The translations under genes were made by a program, and so were the position numbers. Of a DNA stretch of 64,000 nt, positions 48,582 to 58,067 are shown in pieces; within the stretch, counting starts at the first letter, position 1, and each line of letters starts with the position of its first letter. Source of the DNA: an uncultured virus (IMG/VR IMGVR_UViG_3300021093_006163) (Duplodnaviria; Heunggongvirae; Uroviricota; Caudoviricetes); the IMG/VR virus record IMGVR_UViG_3300021093_006163. One strand, 5' to 3'. The notes beneath the pieces were generated by a model that worked only from the letters and a program-made list of their open reading frames with translations, ran no database searches and was not told where the DNA came from.

Positions 48582-50393
48582 TCAGAAAAATCTTAGACTC
48601 TCTCTTATGAAATATCTTATGGAAGACTCTGAAATTTTGCCTGTTTTGTACAGTATTTTCCAGATTGAATCCTTTGCTTCTGTAGAGAGATCATCAGGAA
48701 GAAGTAATTCAAATTCCTCTTTTGATCCTTGAGAAAGGAGCTCTCTCATGTATGTGCCTTTTATTCTAACTCCCGGCACTAAATCCACATTCTTAACAGT
48801 CTCGGACTTAACCCGCCCTTCTGCAAATTGAACCGGGTAATCATTTGCAAGTTTTTCATCGCTAAATCTTTCTTTGTCATCTTCGCCTGCATACAGAGTG
48901 AAGAAGACTTCAGGATCGTTTGAGTATGCCCTAACAGCGCCTCTTGTGTCTCCGACAGGCTCTCCGCTATAGCTAATATCAACATTTGAAGGAAGAATTG
49001 GCTCAAGATATCTTTTCCAGATCTTTATCATGTCCGATCCAGAAATCTCAAAGCCCCCACTCTCTCTTGATTTTGCTGACACGATTAGAAAAACTTTTTC
49101 ATTTTCTTTTGCAGCCTGCTCGATGACAGACCAGTGGCCTCTGTGCACAGGTTTGACTGCCATTGGCACTACACCAATTTTGACAATATCACCCGATCGA
49201 CCGATTCCAGCAGAAGCTCTTTTGCCAGCAACGTTTCTTGCTGATGAAATTAGATCTTCCTGCATAGTAATTAAGGTCTTCCTGGAAGCAGGATTTCCAT
49301 CTTCATCTCTTCCAATGACACCTAAATCTGCAAAATCTTCAAGCGTCATTGAAAATGCAATCTCTGATATTTTTGCAAGAAGAGTGGGAAGCGACTCATC
49401 ATCTAGGTCATCTTCTTCGATCTTTTGTCTCACAAATCTTGAAATAGCGCCGTGGTATCTTGCTTCTTCTTCTTTGGAGCCTTCTCCAAATTCTGCCTGC
49501 TTTGTCTGTGCCCTTACAGCTTGTGAGTGTTGTTCCGGGTGAGTGACTTTAAACAACTTGCCTGTGTACTTCGTTGTCTGTCCAGTTTCGGGATCTGCTA
49601 ACGGTGTAATAACAATACCCTCAGCTTCACCCCCTAGTGTTGAAATAAATTTAGAGAGTATTCCTGGAATTTTTACAGTTTTATTATCGATCTTCTTTTT
49701 GGTGCCCGCAAGAAATGCAATGAGATCTTTCCAGGCTCCGACACTTATGAGTGAACTAATCTTAGGAAGATTAGGTAAAATTACTGCCGCAAGCTGCGGT
49801 GATTTGACTCCTTCTTGAATACTATCTGCAGAATCCCAGCGCCCTTCAAACAAAGCTGGGTAATCAGAAAGTTCGAGAGCATCTCTGAATGCTTCAAATT
49901 TATCAGCATCATTCTCAAATTCTGCAAGAGACGTAACTCTTGCGCCCTTGAGAGAAAAGACAGTCGGGCCAAATCCCGTTAGGTATAGGCCGCCTGTCTT
50001 CTCATAGCTTCTTGAAATTGTCGGCTTACGCTGTATAAACTCAACAAAGAACTCATAGTCTGTTGGAAAGTCCGCAGTATTCGTATGAACACGCTTTAGG
50101 TGATCATGAATAAAAGAGTACTGACTTCTACCAGAAGACTGATATTTGATTTCCTCTTCTCTGCCGCGTCCAGCAATCCCAACAAATTCCTCGGGAAAAA
50201 CAACGCCCTCTTTGTAGGAGATGATCCAGTTGTTCAGGTAGTTGTCTTTATCAAAGGGTTCACCGTTTCTGATAAGCGTAAGCTTTGTTCCATCGAGCTT
50301 CTCAACAATTTTTAAATACTGATTACAGAATTCTTCTGCAGAGGCTGCTGATGTTACAACATCGTAAACAGGTGGAATTGAGATATCAAGCAT
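48582..50393 (-). CDS. ATP-dependent (RNA) ligase-like domain fused to HIGH-family nucleotidyltransferase
   Basis: VEKLDGT (motif I), VEF, EGIVI (IV), LFKV (V); C-terminal KPVHRGH and GTYMRELL. Confidence 0.65.
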   Translation of the reverse strand: MLDISIPPVYDVVTSAASAEEFCNQYLKIVEKLDGTKLTLIRNGEPFDKDNYLNNWIISYKEGVVFPEEFVGIAGRGREEEIKYQSSGRSQYSFIHDHLKRVHTNTADFPTDYEFFVEFIQRKPTISRSYEKTGGLYLTGFGPTVFSLKGARVTSLAEFENDADKFEAFRDALELSDYPALFEGRWDSADSIQEGVKSPQLAAVILPNLPKISSLISVGAWKDLIAFLAGTKKKIDNKTVKIPGILSKFISTLGGEAEGIVITPLADPETGQTTKYTGKLFKVTHPEQHSQAVRAQTKQAEFGEGSKEEEARYHGAISRFVRQKIEEDDLDDESLPTLLAKISEIAFSMTLEDFADLGVIGRDEDGNPASRKTLITMQEDLISSARNVAGKRASAGIGRSGDIVKIGVVPMAVKPVHRGHWSVIEQAAKENEKVFLIVSAKSRESGGFEISGSDMIKIWKRYLEPILPSNVDISYSGEPVGDTRGAVRAYSNDPEVFFTLYAGEDDKERFSDEKLANDYPVQFAEGRVKSETVKNVDLVPGVRIKGTYMRELLSQGSKEEFELLLPDDLSTEAKDSIWKILYKTGKISESSIRYFIRESLRFF

Positions 50394-51732
50394 TGAGAAT
50401 AAACCTCACAAAGTGACGCACGTTTTCTTCAAGCTCAACCGGTGCAAGCTCTTCTTCGTCACTAACAAGAGATCCGCGCTTGGACATCTTGTCTACAAAT
50501 CTTCCATAATATTTCTCAATAATTGATTCCATCTCTTCCTGCGGCAGTACTTCGTTCAGAAGATCATCAAAACCCATCGTTCGTATGGTGGCAATAGCAG
50601 CAGCCTTGGGTTGCTGATCTTTCATTATGCTGTAGGTGCTAATCTCCTGTCCTGCATCTCCGATTAACTTGTAGATGAAAGACTTCAAAACGCTTCCACA
50701 AAATTTTCTACCTTGATCTGTGGGCAGAAGATTCTCTCTCATTATCTCGAGAAGCCCTACAAATGATCTCGTCTTCTCGAGATCTTCGCTGTCAGGATCA
50801 AATCCAAAGGCCGCTGTAAAGATCTCCTCAACATCAGTTGAATACTTCTTTTTTTCAGGCTCAGTGAGCTTGTAAAGCGGCTGATCTTCGTATTCAGCTT
50901 CGACTTCTTCTCCTGTCTGGGGATCAGTGTACTTCTGTCTAGTCAGACGAGTCTGACCAAGCGCCTTCTCAACTGAGAAAGATCTCATGTAAAGATCAGA
51001 TTGATATCCTTTTGCGACTTTTACCTTTTCTGGTGGGTAGACAGGCGACTTCGCTGTTGCAATAACACCGGTTGACATTCTAGACGCAACAGATACTAGA
51101 GACTGCAAAAGGTACTTGTGAAAGACTCCTTTAACAGCTGTCTGAACATCTCTCCAGTTAGATGAATGGCTAAGTTTCACCCAGCGCTTCAGCGCAGCAG
51201 CAGTCCGATCATCTTCGCCTTCGACAGGAATCGGTTGCGGCATAAAGTCAAATTGAACGTATGGATCTCCTTTTCCATCCACGTATTGAAAGATTGAGTT
51301 TGTTCCTCGAGAATCAGCTGTGCCATCTTCAGTGTGCATCTTTGTACAGACAATCTTAAACTTAGAACCGGAAATCATCTGCCCTGAGTTCTTGTTGATT
51401 GTGTGCATAAGCTTTGATCCTCGAGATCCAGCCTGCGGCACGTAGATGTCAATGTCACTAAAGGAGCCCTTGTATTTATTAAATTCATCATCTGTGATGC
51501 TAGTGTCAAAGACGTGCTCTGTTGATCCACCAAAGATCAGTAACTCATCTATGTTGCCAGAAAGTTCAGGCCACAAAAACATGCCGTTTTCTTTTTCAAA
51601 CATATCGTTTAGGCCACTAAGCATGGCTTTTACATCTTCTGTAAATCCAGCTCTTGCACTACTCCTGGAGACTCTTAGGGTGCGACCAGATATCAATTTA
51701 CCATCAATCTCGCAACGAAAGTTTCCACCCAT
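50386..51732 (-). CDS. Pol-beta-superfamily nucleotidyltransferase-like protein
   Basis: FGGS...SDIDIYV and a third acidic strand VQFDF; MGGN N-terminus. Confidence 0.6.
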   Translation of the reverse strand: MGGNFRCEIDGKLISGRTLRVSRSSARAGFTEDVKAMLSGLNDMFEKENGMFLWPELSGNIDELLIFGGSTEHVFDTSITDDEFNKYKGSFSDIDIYVPQAGSRGSKLMHTINKNSGQMISGSKFKIVCTKMHTEDGTADSRGTNSIFQYVDGKGDPYVQFDFMPQPIPVEGEDDRTAAALKRWVKLSHSSNWRDVQTAVKGVFHKYLLQSLVSVASRMSTGVIATAKSPVYPPEKVKVAKGYQSDLYMRSFSVEKALGQTRLTRQKYTDPQTGEEVEAEYEDQPLYKLTEPEKKKYSTDVEEIFTAAFGFDPDSEDLEKTRSFVGLLEIMRENLLPTDQGRKFCGSVLKSFIYKLIGDAGQEISTYSIMKDQQPKAAAIATIRTMGFDDLLNEVLPQEEMESIIEKYYGRFVDKMSKRGSLVSDEEELAPVELEENVRHFVRFILNA

Positions 51733-51756
51733 TATTGTCTCACTCTTTTTAGATAA

Positions 51757-53214
51757 CTATCGTGAAAGTGTTAAAATCTTGGAACCGGCTCCCCAGATTC
51801 TGAACACACCTGATTTTGATGCGATTTCTCTCTCAGAAATTCCGCCAGAAGCTCTAAATTTGAACCTGTCAAATCGAGATCTCATGTCTGTATACCAGTA
51901 ATCATGACCGGTCTGCCCGACCTCTTCAAACCCGCATGAGAGATATCCCGTGCCAAATCCAACCCGTCTATCGACATATGTCATTAGACCAGATAGCCCT
52001 GACTCAATTGCATGCGCTAGGGCTGCACTTGCCAGTCTTGATAGACCGCCTACAACAATCACACCCGGTGTCGTTGCATACCTTGAAATCTCTAACCTGT
52101 CTCTCCACTTTTCCTGTCTCGGAACTCTGACAGAGAGACATGACAAAATTTCACCTTTATATTCAAGAGCCCATGCACTCTGAGCTGGTGCATATCCTGC
52201 CAGATGAGAAGATTCAAAGAATTGACGCTGTGTTTTTGCATTAATCTGGACCAGTTTACACTTTCTAGCACCGATCTTTCTATCAGCGATCCCAAGCCGA
52301 CTTCGAATCATCTCTTTGACAATGTAATTCCTGTCTCTCCACTCATCCTGAAATATTTGCAGTAGTCGAACTCCGGCATTCTCAGCAAGCGCTGCCTTTG
52401 TTGCATGCAACTTCGGATCGCATCCATCCTTTGCCTCTGAGTGAAAGTAAAGGCCATGACATTCAATTCCAAAGCGTTTGCCTGGAACGAAGATGTCAAT
52501 TTCTTTTGGGAAAATGGTCTTTCTGTTTCCTCTCTCGACGTTAAATCCTAGAGAAGTAACAAATTCTTCGACTTCAAGTTGCCACTGTGATGTTGATAGT
52601 GGGTGGCACTTTTCACAAAGTGAGCCTCTTTCAAAGGCTTGCAAGGTTTTTTGCTGTATGTCTCCGCACTTCTTGCATCTAAATTCAAGATATTGGTGCT
52701 GTCTGCTCACATATTCTTCGATAGGAGTGATAAGCTCAAAATCAGAAGATCGAGACAAAACTCGAGACTCAATTGTCTCACCCATGAGCCGCTTTGATAT
52801 GCTAATCTTTGTTCGAGCTAGATCATCATGTGTCCTTCCAAAGAAGGGATTTCCAGATCCTCTCATCTTGTCTGCAATCTGCTTTATGCGCAGGTCACAG
52901 CCAGAAGTCTTGCCTTTGTTCCAGGCCTCTGCTTTTCCACCTTTCGATCCGCCTTCTCTCATTGCAATCGAGGAGCATGATTTGCAGTATTTCTTGAATT
53001 TGAATGACGAGTACCTTGTTTGAGATCCGCATGATAGGCAAAGGGGTCTCTGGCCTGTGTGCATGTGCTTGACAGTGTAATCTTCTCCCTTCATGCTGTG
53101 ACATGTCTTAATATGATTTGAGAGAGATTTACCATTGAGAAAACTAGAATCACATTCAAGACATTTCAAGTCATTTTGCCCTTGCATGATAACTATTCTA
53201 GAAAAATGATGCAA
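51757..53214 (-). CDS. Hef-like endonuclease: Zn fingers, PD-(D/E)xK-type domain, C-terminal GNAT/Mom-like domain (likely start 53187)
   Basis: Multiple CxxC, AWNKGKT, NPFFGRTH, EIDIF...GIECHGLYFHS, IFQDEW; C-terminal EISRY...GGLSRL...TYVDRR..G.GY...GF. Confidence 0.72.
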   Translation of the reverse strand: MHHFSRIVIMQGQNDLKCLECDSSFLNGKSLSNHIKTCHSMKGEDYTVKHMHTGQRPLCLSCGSQTRYSSFKFKKYCKSCSSIAMREGGSKGGKAEAWNKGKTSGCDLRIKQIADKMRGSGNPFFGRTHDDLARTKISISKRLMGETIESRVLSRSSDFELITPIEEYVSRQHQYLEFRCKKCGDIQQKTLQAFERGSLCEKCHPLSTSQWQLEVEEFVTSLGFNVERGNRKTIFPKEIDIFVPGKRFGIECHGLYFHSEAKDGCDPKLHATKAALAENAGVRLLQIFQDEWRDRNYIVKEMIRSRLGIADRKIGARKCKLVQINAKTQRQFFESSHLAGYAPAQSAWALEYKGEILSCLSVRVPRQEKWRDRLEISRYATTPGVIVVGGLSRLASAALAHAIESGLSGLMTYVDRRVGFGTGYLSCGFEEVGQTGHDYWYTDMRSRFDRFKFRASGGISEREIASKSGVFRIWGAGSKILTLSR

Positions 53215-53218
53215 TTAT

Positions 53219-53253
53219 AAACAAAGATGGCGCCCTTTTTAGGGGGCGCCATC
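53219..53253 (-). terminator. Rho-independent terminator after major capsid gene
   Basis: GATGGCGCCC/GGGCGCCATC stem followed by TTTGTTT. Confidence 0.75.
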
Positions 53254-53295
53254 CATATAGTTGAATCTAAACCGTAAGATTTAGATTACATTCAA

Positions 53296-55197
53296 CTATA
53301 TTATGTTCATGTCAAGACACGTGACCGTACCGTAGAAGTCGGCGCGAACCATCTTCTTACCGTAGCGAGTCATGACGCCCTTACGAGGAGTGAAATCCTC
53401 GGGAGCGAAGATCGTCGGGGTGACGATGAGCGGGACGTACGGAGCGTAGACGTAGCCGGTCTCGAGGTAGCTGCCGCCCTTGTAGCCGACGAGAACCTTG
53501 TTCCTGGGGAAGTAGGGGTCCTTGTAGACGGTGAAGCGGTTGGACAGGGTACCGATGGGGGAGGCGCCGATGGACATCGCGCCGCCGACCTGACCCTGGC
53601 CGTCGATCGAGTAGTTAGGCTTGTACATGACCGAGGCCTCGAGGACGGTGGCAACATCGGGTGAAACCACGATGAAGTTCGCCGAACCGCGAAGGGTCTT
53701 GCGGTGGATCTCATTGGCGACGTCGATGATCGTCTCGATGAGGGTCTCGTACCACTCGCGGACCGTGCCGGTGAAGGCAGGACCAGGGGTGAGCGAAGAA
53801 CCGCGAGAAACTTCAGTTCCAGTTGTCTTGTTGACGAACTTGCCTGGAGCGCGGCTCCAGAAGAAGTTCGCGCCACGAGCCTCGGTGAGCAGGTCGTTGA
53901 GGATCTCACGGTCAATCTCAAGAGCGATCTGCTCGGAGAGGATCTGTGTAAGCTCAACCTCAGCGTCCATGCTGTGGTAGGCGTTCAGGTCCTGCGCGAG
54001 CTCCGGTGACCAGCGAGCGCGCAGCTTGCGGGTCGTGGCGGTGACTGGGATGCTCTCGATCTTGATGTCGATCTCGGGGATGATCGGCGAGGGCGAGCTG
54101 CCGAAGTTCGACTCGAACGAGGGGATCGTGAGAGTCGAGGCGTCGGAGCTGTCGACGTTGAGTGAATCAGCGATCGCGTACGAAGCTGTGAGAGCTGTCG
54201 AGGCGGCTCCGGCAGCCGGAGTGTAAGCGCCTGAAACAACTGTGAGAACGACAGCGTTGGCTGATCCAGAGGCAAGGAGCGGGTTAGGGGTGAAGACACC
54301 TCCGACCAGAGTTCCAAGCTGATTCAGACGACGAACGTTAAGAATGTTGTTTCCGCCCTGGAAGGTCTCACCTGGAGCCGCAAGGCCGGTGACTGATGCA
54401 GCCTGTGCTGAGTGGAGAGCAACCTCCTTGACCTGCTGGAAGTCAACGTTGGCAGGGAAAGACGAGCAGTTCAGGAAAAGGAACTGGAATCTTCCACTTC
54501 CAACGTGACCGGGATCTTCCTCGATGAGGGTCGAGATCTGCGGATCAAACTGGAGGAAACGTCCGTCCGTACCTGTGGCAAAGCAGGTGACGCTGTTGGT
54601 GATCGAGCTTCCGCCCCTGAAGGCGCCGCGCTGCGCGACTGAGACACCAGTTGAGGAGGAGTGAACCTTCGTGAATCCTGTTCCAACGAGATCGTACTGT
54701 CCACCAGCAGCGAGGGATCCGGAGCGGACACCCTTGCCAGTTGGGTTGTTGTAGATGGACTGACCGGACTTGTAGGTGGCACCCGAGCTTGACTCGCCTG
54801 TCGTGAGCGAGGAATCACCGCCAACATCAGAGCCGTAGGTGTAATCCAGGTAGAAGAGCAGACCAGAAGGAAGGCTCATGGGCTGGATCGAGACGAGCTC
54901 GTTGGCCACAAGACCGCCGAACACGCGACGAACGATCGGGAAGGCGATGTTGGTGAAGCCGCGGATGTCGCCGGATGAAGTGCCAGCGCCGGCGCCCGTG
55001 CCGAGGGTGTTAACCTCGCGGAGGAGCTGTGCAGCCTGGTTCTCCATGAGGCGAGCCATGTTGTCACGCTTAACGCCATCGAGACCACGAAGAAGACCTG
55101 TGCGGGTCCACTTCTCAACGAGGCGGCGGCCCTCCTCGGTGATATTGCGATCACTGATTCCCTCAGTGAGCATGTTTAACGAAAAATTCTTAGACAT
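53296..55197 (-). CDS. gp23: major capsid protein (T4 gp23 family)
   Basis: FPIVRRVF, VSIQPMSLPSGLLFYLD, TRKLRARWSPELAQDL.AYH, EIDREI, YAPYVPL, GVMTRYG. Confidence 0.96.
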   Translation of the reverse strand: MSKNFSLNMLTEGISDRNITEEGRRLVEKWTRTGLLRGLDGVKRDNMARLMENQAAQLLREVNTLGTGAGAGTSSGDIRGFTNIAFPIVRRVFGGLVANELVSIQPMSLPSGLLFYLDYTYGSDVGGDSSLTTGESSSGATYKSGQSIYNNPTGKGVRSGSLAAGGQYDLVGTGFTKVHSSSTGVSVAQRGAFRGGSSITNSVTCFATGTDGRFLQFDPQISTLIEEDPGHVGSGRFQFLFLNCSSFPANVDFQQVKEVALHSAQAASVTGLAAPGETFQGGNNILNVRRLNQLGTLVGGVFTPNPLLASGSANAVVLTVVSGAYTPAAGAASTALTASYAIADSLNVDSSDASTLTIPSFESNFGSSPSPIIPEIDIKIESIPVTATTRKLRARWSPELAQDLNAYHSMDAEVELTQILSEQIALEIDREILNDLLTEARGANFFWSRAPGKFVNKTTGTEVSRGSSLTPGPAFTGTVREWYETLIETIIDVANEIHRKTLRGSANFIVVSPDVATVLEASVMYKPNYSIDGQGQVGGAMSIGASPIGTLSNRFTVYKDPYFPRNKVLVGYKGGSYLETGYVYAPYVPLIVTPTIFAPEDFTPRKGVMTRYGKKMVRADFYGTVTCLDMNII

Positions 55198-55224
55198 TTC
55201 TTTATTTCTCCTAAGTGCTTATGA

Positions 55225-56574
55225 TTACTTGATGCCTGCAAGGGTTGCCCAACGATCAACCTCATCTGCACCGCTCATTCGGGCAGCTGAAGACGTGACC
55301 GGGCGTGATGCCAAGCCGGCTGTGTGCTTGACTGACTCATTGAGAGACTCATTCTTCTTTGTGATGGAAGTGGAGAGGCTCTCGTAAAGCAACTTGGCCT
55401 CGCGAAGATTAGATGCGCCATCAAGTGCCTCAATGATTGCGCGACGTTGATTTGGTGCAACGTCCTTGTTCTGGAGGATCTTGTTGACGTAAAGAAGCTT
55501 TGCGTTGAACAAGTTAAGATCGGAAAGTTGCTCACGAAGCGTTTCAACTGCGCCTCTGTAATCATTGAGCTGTTGTCTTAGAGCACGATTTTCCCGTGCC
55601 TCTTTCATAAGTGCGTGCTTCATCTTCTCTGTCTTGGCAGCTGTCTTGTTGATTTCAACCTCAAGAACGTCTCCCTCAAGAGTTCCACCGCCAAAAGCAT
55701 TTGCTGCGGCTGTGTGAGAAGCATGTGAAGATCCTTTCTTCTTGCCTGACTTGGCTTCGCGAAGCCTCATAAGCTCGCGACGAAGCATATTTTCGTCTAT
55801 CTCGTAGACTGCCTCAGCCATCTCTGCAGGCTCTCCTTCGGCTGGAGGTGCCTCGGCGCTTGGTTCTTCCTCGGCAACCTCAACCTCTTCTCCCTCGCCT
55901 TCCTCTTCAACGAAATCAATATCTGGAAAGAGATCAGACGCCATCTGTTTCTCATCTGTTGTTCCGAAGATCTTAAAGACTGCTTCATCGAGATCATCAT
56001 CATCATCATCCATATTCATCATCTCGTCGAGTTCATAGAGATCTTCATCCATGCCATCCATGTCCTTTATGTCCTTCATGCCTTTCTTCATTGATTTATC
56101 TCCGTTTAATTTTTTTGAATGCTTAGCCTCAGAAACAATGGAAGCCTTAAGCTCATCAAGATCTATCTCATAGGCTTCACCAGTTGCAGCTTTTTCGGCA
56201 TTGCTCTTTTCGTCTTCTTCACGAAGCATACTCATGAGCTTATTCTGCTCATCATCTGTCAAAGAAGAAAAGGCCTCAGAGAGCGCCGCAAAATCTTTTG
56301 ACTTCTTAGAAGATCCACTGTTAAGAAGTCCTGCAAGAGAACGAAGAGCAGATTCATCAAGCTCAACCTCTTCACCCTCCTGCTCTTCATCTAGCGCAGA
56401 TGACAAAAAATCAGCATCCTCATTGATTGAGTTGCCTCCAACAAGCTGATTTTCAATTAGTTCTCTAATTCTTGGAGTAACAGCCTCAATGATGGCATTC
56501 TTTGCGTTCTGCTCGGCAGCTTCTCTAAGCTGTCTTGCATCTGCTATTGCTTCTTCGAAGAGTGATTTTGACAT
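55225..56574 (-). CDS. prohead core scaffold protein (gp22-like)
   Basis: Acidic coiled-coil protein with many LxE sites; NLFNAKLLYVNK; ends RWATLAGIK; directly upstream of the capsid gene. Confidence 0.75.
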   Translation of the reverse strand: MSKSLFEEAIADARQLREAAEQNAKNAIIEAVTPRIRELIENQLVGGNSINEDADFLSSALDEEQEGEEVELDESALRSLAGLLNSGSSKKSKDFAALSEAFSSLTDDEQNKLMSMLREEDEKSNAEKAATGEAYEIDLDELKASIVSEAKHSKKLNGDKSMKKGMKDIKDMDGMDEDLYELDEMMNMDDDDDDLDEAVFKIFGTTDEKQMASDLFPDIDFVEEEGEGEEVEVAEEEPSAEAPPAEGEPAEMAEAVYEIDENMLRRELMRLREAKSGKKKGSSHASHTAAANAFGGGTLEGDVLEVEINKTAAKTEKMKHALMKEARENRALRQQLNDYRGAVETLREQLSDLNLFNAKLLYVNKILQNKDVAPNQRRAIIEALDGASNLREAKLLYESLSTSITKKNESLNESVKHTAGLASRPVTSSAARMSGADEVDRWATLAGIK

Positions 56575-56632
56575 GCGTCAATTAGCCTCATTGCTAAAAT
56601 TATGTATATCTATTCTTTCCATTCTTCCCGAT

Positions 56633-57163
56633 CTACTTAATCCTTGCTATTTTTAGCTTTTTCCCAACTCTGTCTCTTATCTCTGGATCAATCGCATCAA
56701 GAAATCTAGAGGGTGCATCAGGTGTATCAATCATCGGAGAGAGAACTCCCTTTGTCCATCCATAAGGAGACCCATCAATCCTACCTGGTGCAACCGTATA
56801 TGCTGGATTAACAGAAGTACCGCCAATCGCTGGTCCGTCAAATCCTTTCATTGGAAAAGGAACAAGCCCTGAAAGGATTGAAATGTGCGACTCGCTCTCA
56901 GCAAGATTGAGTCTATTCTTAGAAAGCGTGAACCTATCAGTCCTGCTGTATGACTCAGGAGGTCTTCCTAGATTTCCATAAGAAAGCTTCTTATTAATCA
57001 TAGCCTTGAGATCTAGCATCTCATCTTCGATTTCTTCTTTCGGGCCATCTTCTTGTGTGTATGGAAAAGTATTTCCTGACTTTGTAGGCTCGGTTTGGAA
57101 TCCTTTTCTTCCAGTAAAACCGTATCCTGCGCCTGTCCTCTGGTCATGGACAAATTTAGGCAT
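56633..57163 (-). CDS. hypothetical protein (head module)
   Basis: TAATG coupling to the upstream gene. Confidence 0.65.
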   Translation of the reverse strand: MPKFVHDQRTGAGYGFTGRKGFQTEPTKSGNTFPYTQEDGPKEEIEDEMLDLKAMINKKLSYGNLGRPPESYSRTDRFTLSKNRLNLAESESHISILSGLVPFPMKGFDGPAIGGTSVNPAYTVAPGRIDGSPYGWTKGVLSPMIDTPDAPSRFLDAIDPEIRDRVGKKLKIARIK

Positions 57164-57693
57164 TAGGTCCGACCATCAGACCCAAGATATGACCGACCAA
57201 TGATGTATGATCCAATTGTCTGACCTCTAATTCCGTCGGTTGTAAGGCTCGGTGAGACAGCGCCTAAACCAAATCCATACTCATTGCCCTTCTCGGGAAG
57301 ATTGCCTGTGTACTCGGGCTGGTCAGCAGGTTGAGTGCTGCCTGGCCCAGGAGAAGCCGGATTAGGTACATAAGCAGATGCAGGCAATCCTTCACCACCT
57401 GTAGCAACTGTATCTAGATCAGGTGCATTAGGGAAATTCAAATTAAAAGTTCCAAACATGTATCCGCCATCATTGATGACTCCTTCTGTTACTCCAATGT
57501 TTGGAATCAAATCTCCTGCGCCGCCGCCACCGTTAAGCGCAGATATTCCTGCATTTCTAACAGCAGTCTCGCTGTAAATGGTACCAACAGGAGTCGCAAA
57601 CATCGCAGACAAGTTGACATCACTCCTGTGCCCATAGCCTCCCTCACCGGGAACGCCTAAAGGAACAACTGTGCCAAATTTGACTGATGACAT
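57163..57693 (-). CDS. hypothetical Gly/Pro-rich protein (head module)
   Basis: AGGAG RBS; operon context. Confidence 0.7.
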   Translation of the reverse strand: MSSVKFGTVVPLGVPGEGGYGHRSDVNLSAMFATPVGTIYSETAVRNAGISALNGGGGAGDLIPNIGVTEGVINDGGYMFGTFNLNFPNAPDLDTVATGGEGLPASAYVPNPASPGPGSTQPADQPEYTGNLPEKGNEYGFGLGAVSPSLTTDGIRGQTIGSYIIGRSYLGSDGRT

Positions 57694-57718
57694 TGCGACT
57701 CCTGTCTAGTTTTTTAAG

Positions 57719-58027
57719 TTACTCAATCTCAGAGATGATCTGACGGCGGAGAGCAAGGCGACGCTCCTGGAGACGTCGAAGCTGATTGCGAAGATTTTCC
57801 TCGTGCTCCTTGAGCATCTTCATGGCCTCGAGCTTCTTGCCAGGAGTTTGTTTCTTGGCGTGAGGAGGAGTGCCAGGATAGTCCTCATCCATCTCCATAT
57901 ACATTTCCTTCTTGGCCTTTGGATCGAGCGCGTGCTTCTTTTCTTCCTTGCTCATCTTTGCAGTCATCTTTGCCTTCTCCTCAAGAACGAGGCGACGAAG
58001 TGTCTCTGGTGTCAACTTGATTGCCAT
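57719..58027 (-). CDS. small prohead core-like protein
   Basis: KLTPETLRRLVLEEK N-terminal helix, coiled coil; ATAAATA upstream. Confidence 0.65.
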   Translation of the reverse strand: MAIKLTPETLRRLVLEEKAKMTAKMSKEEKKHALDPKAKKEMYMEMDEDYPGTPPHAKKQTPGKKLEAMKMLKEHEENLRNQLRRLQERRLALRRQIISEIE

Positions 58028-58067
58028 TTTAAAACCCCTTAGGTTACATTATTATTTATTACGCTGC

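Noticed and set aside
55990..56012. (TCA)n trinucleotide run
   Set aside because: Encodes a poly-Asp stretch in the acidic scaffold protein.
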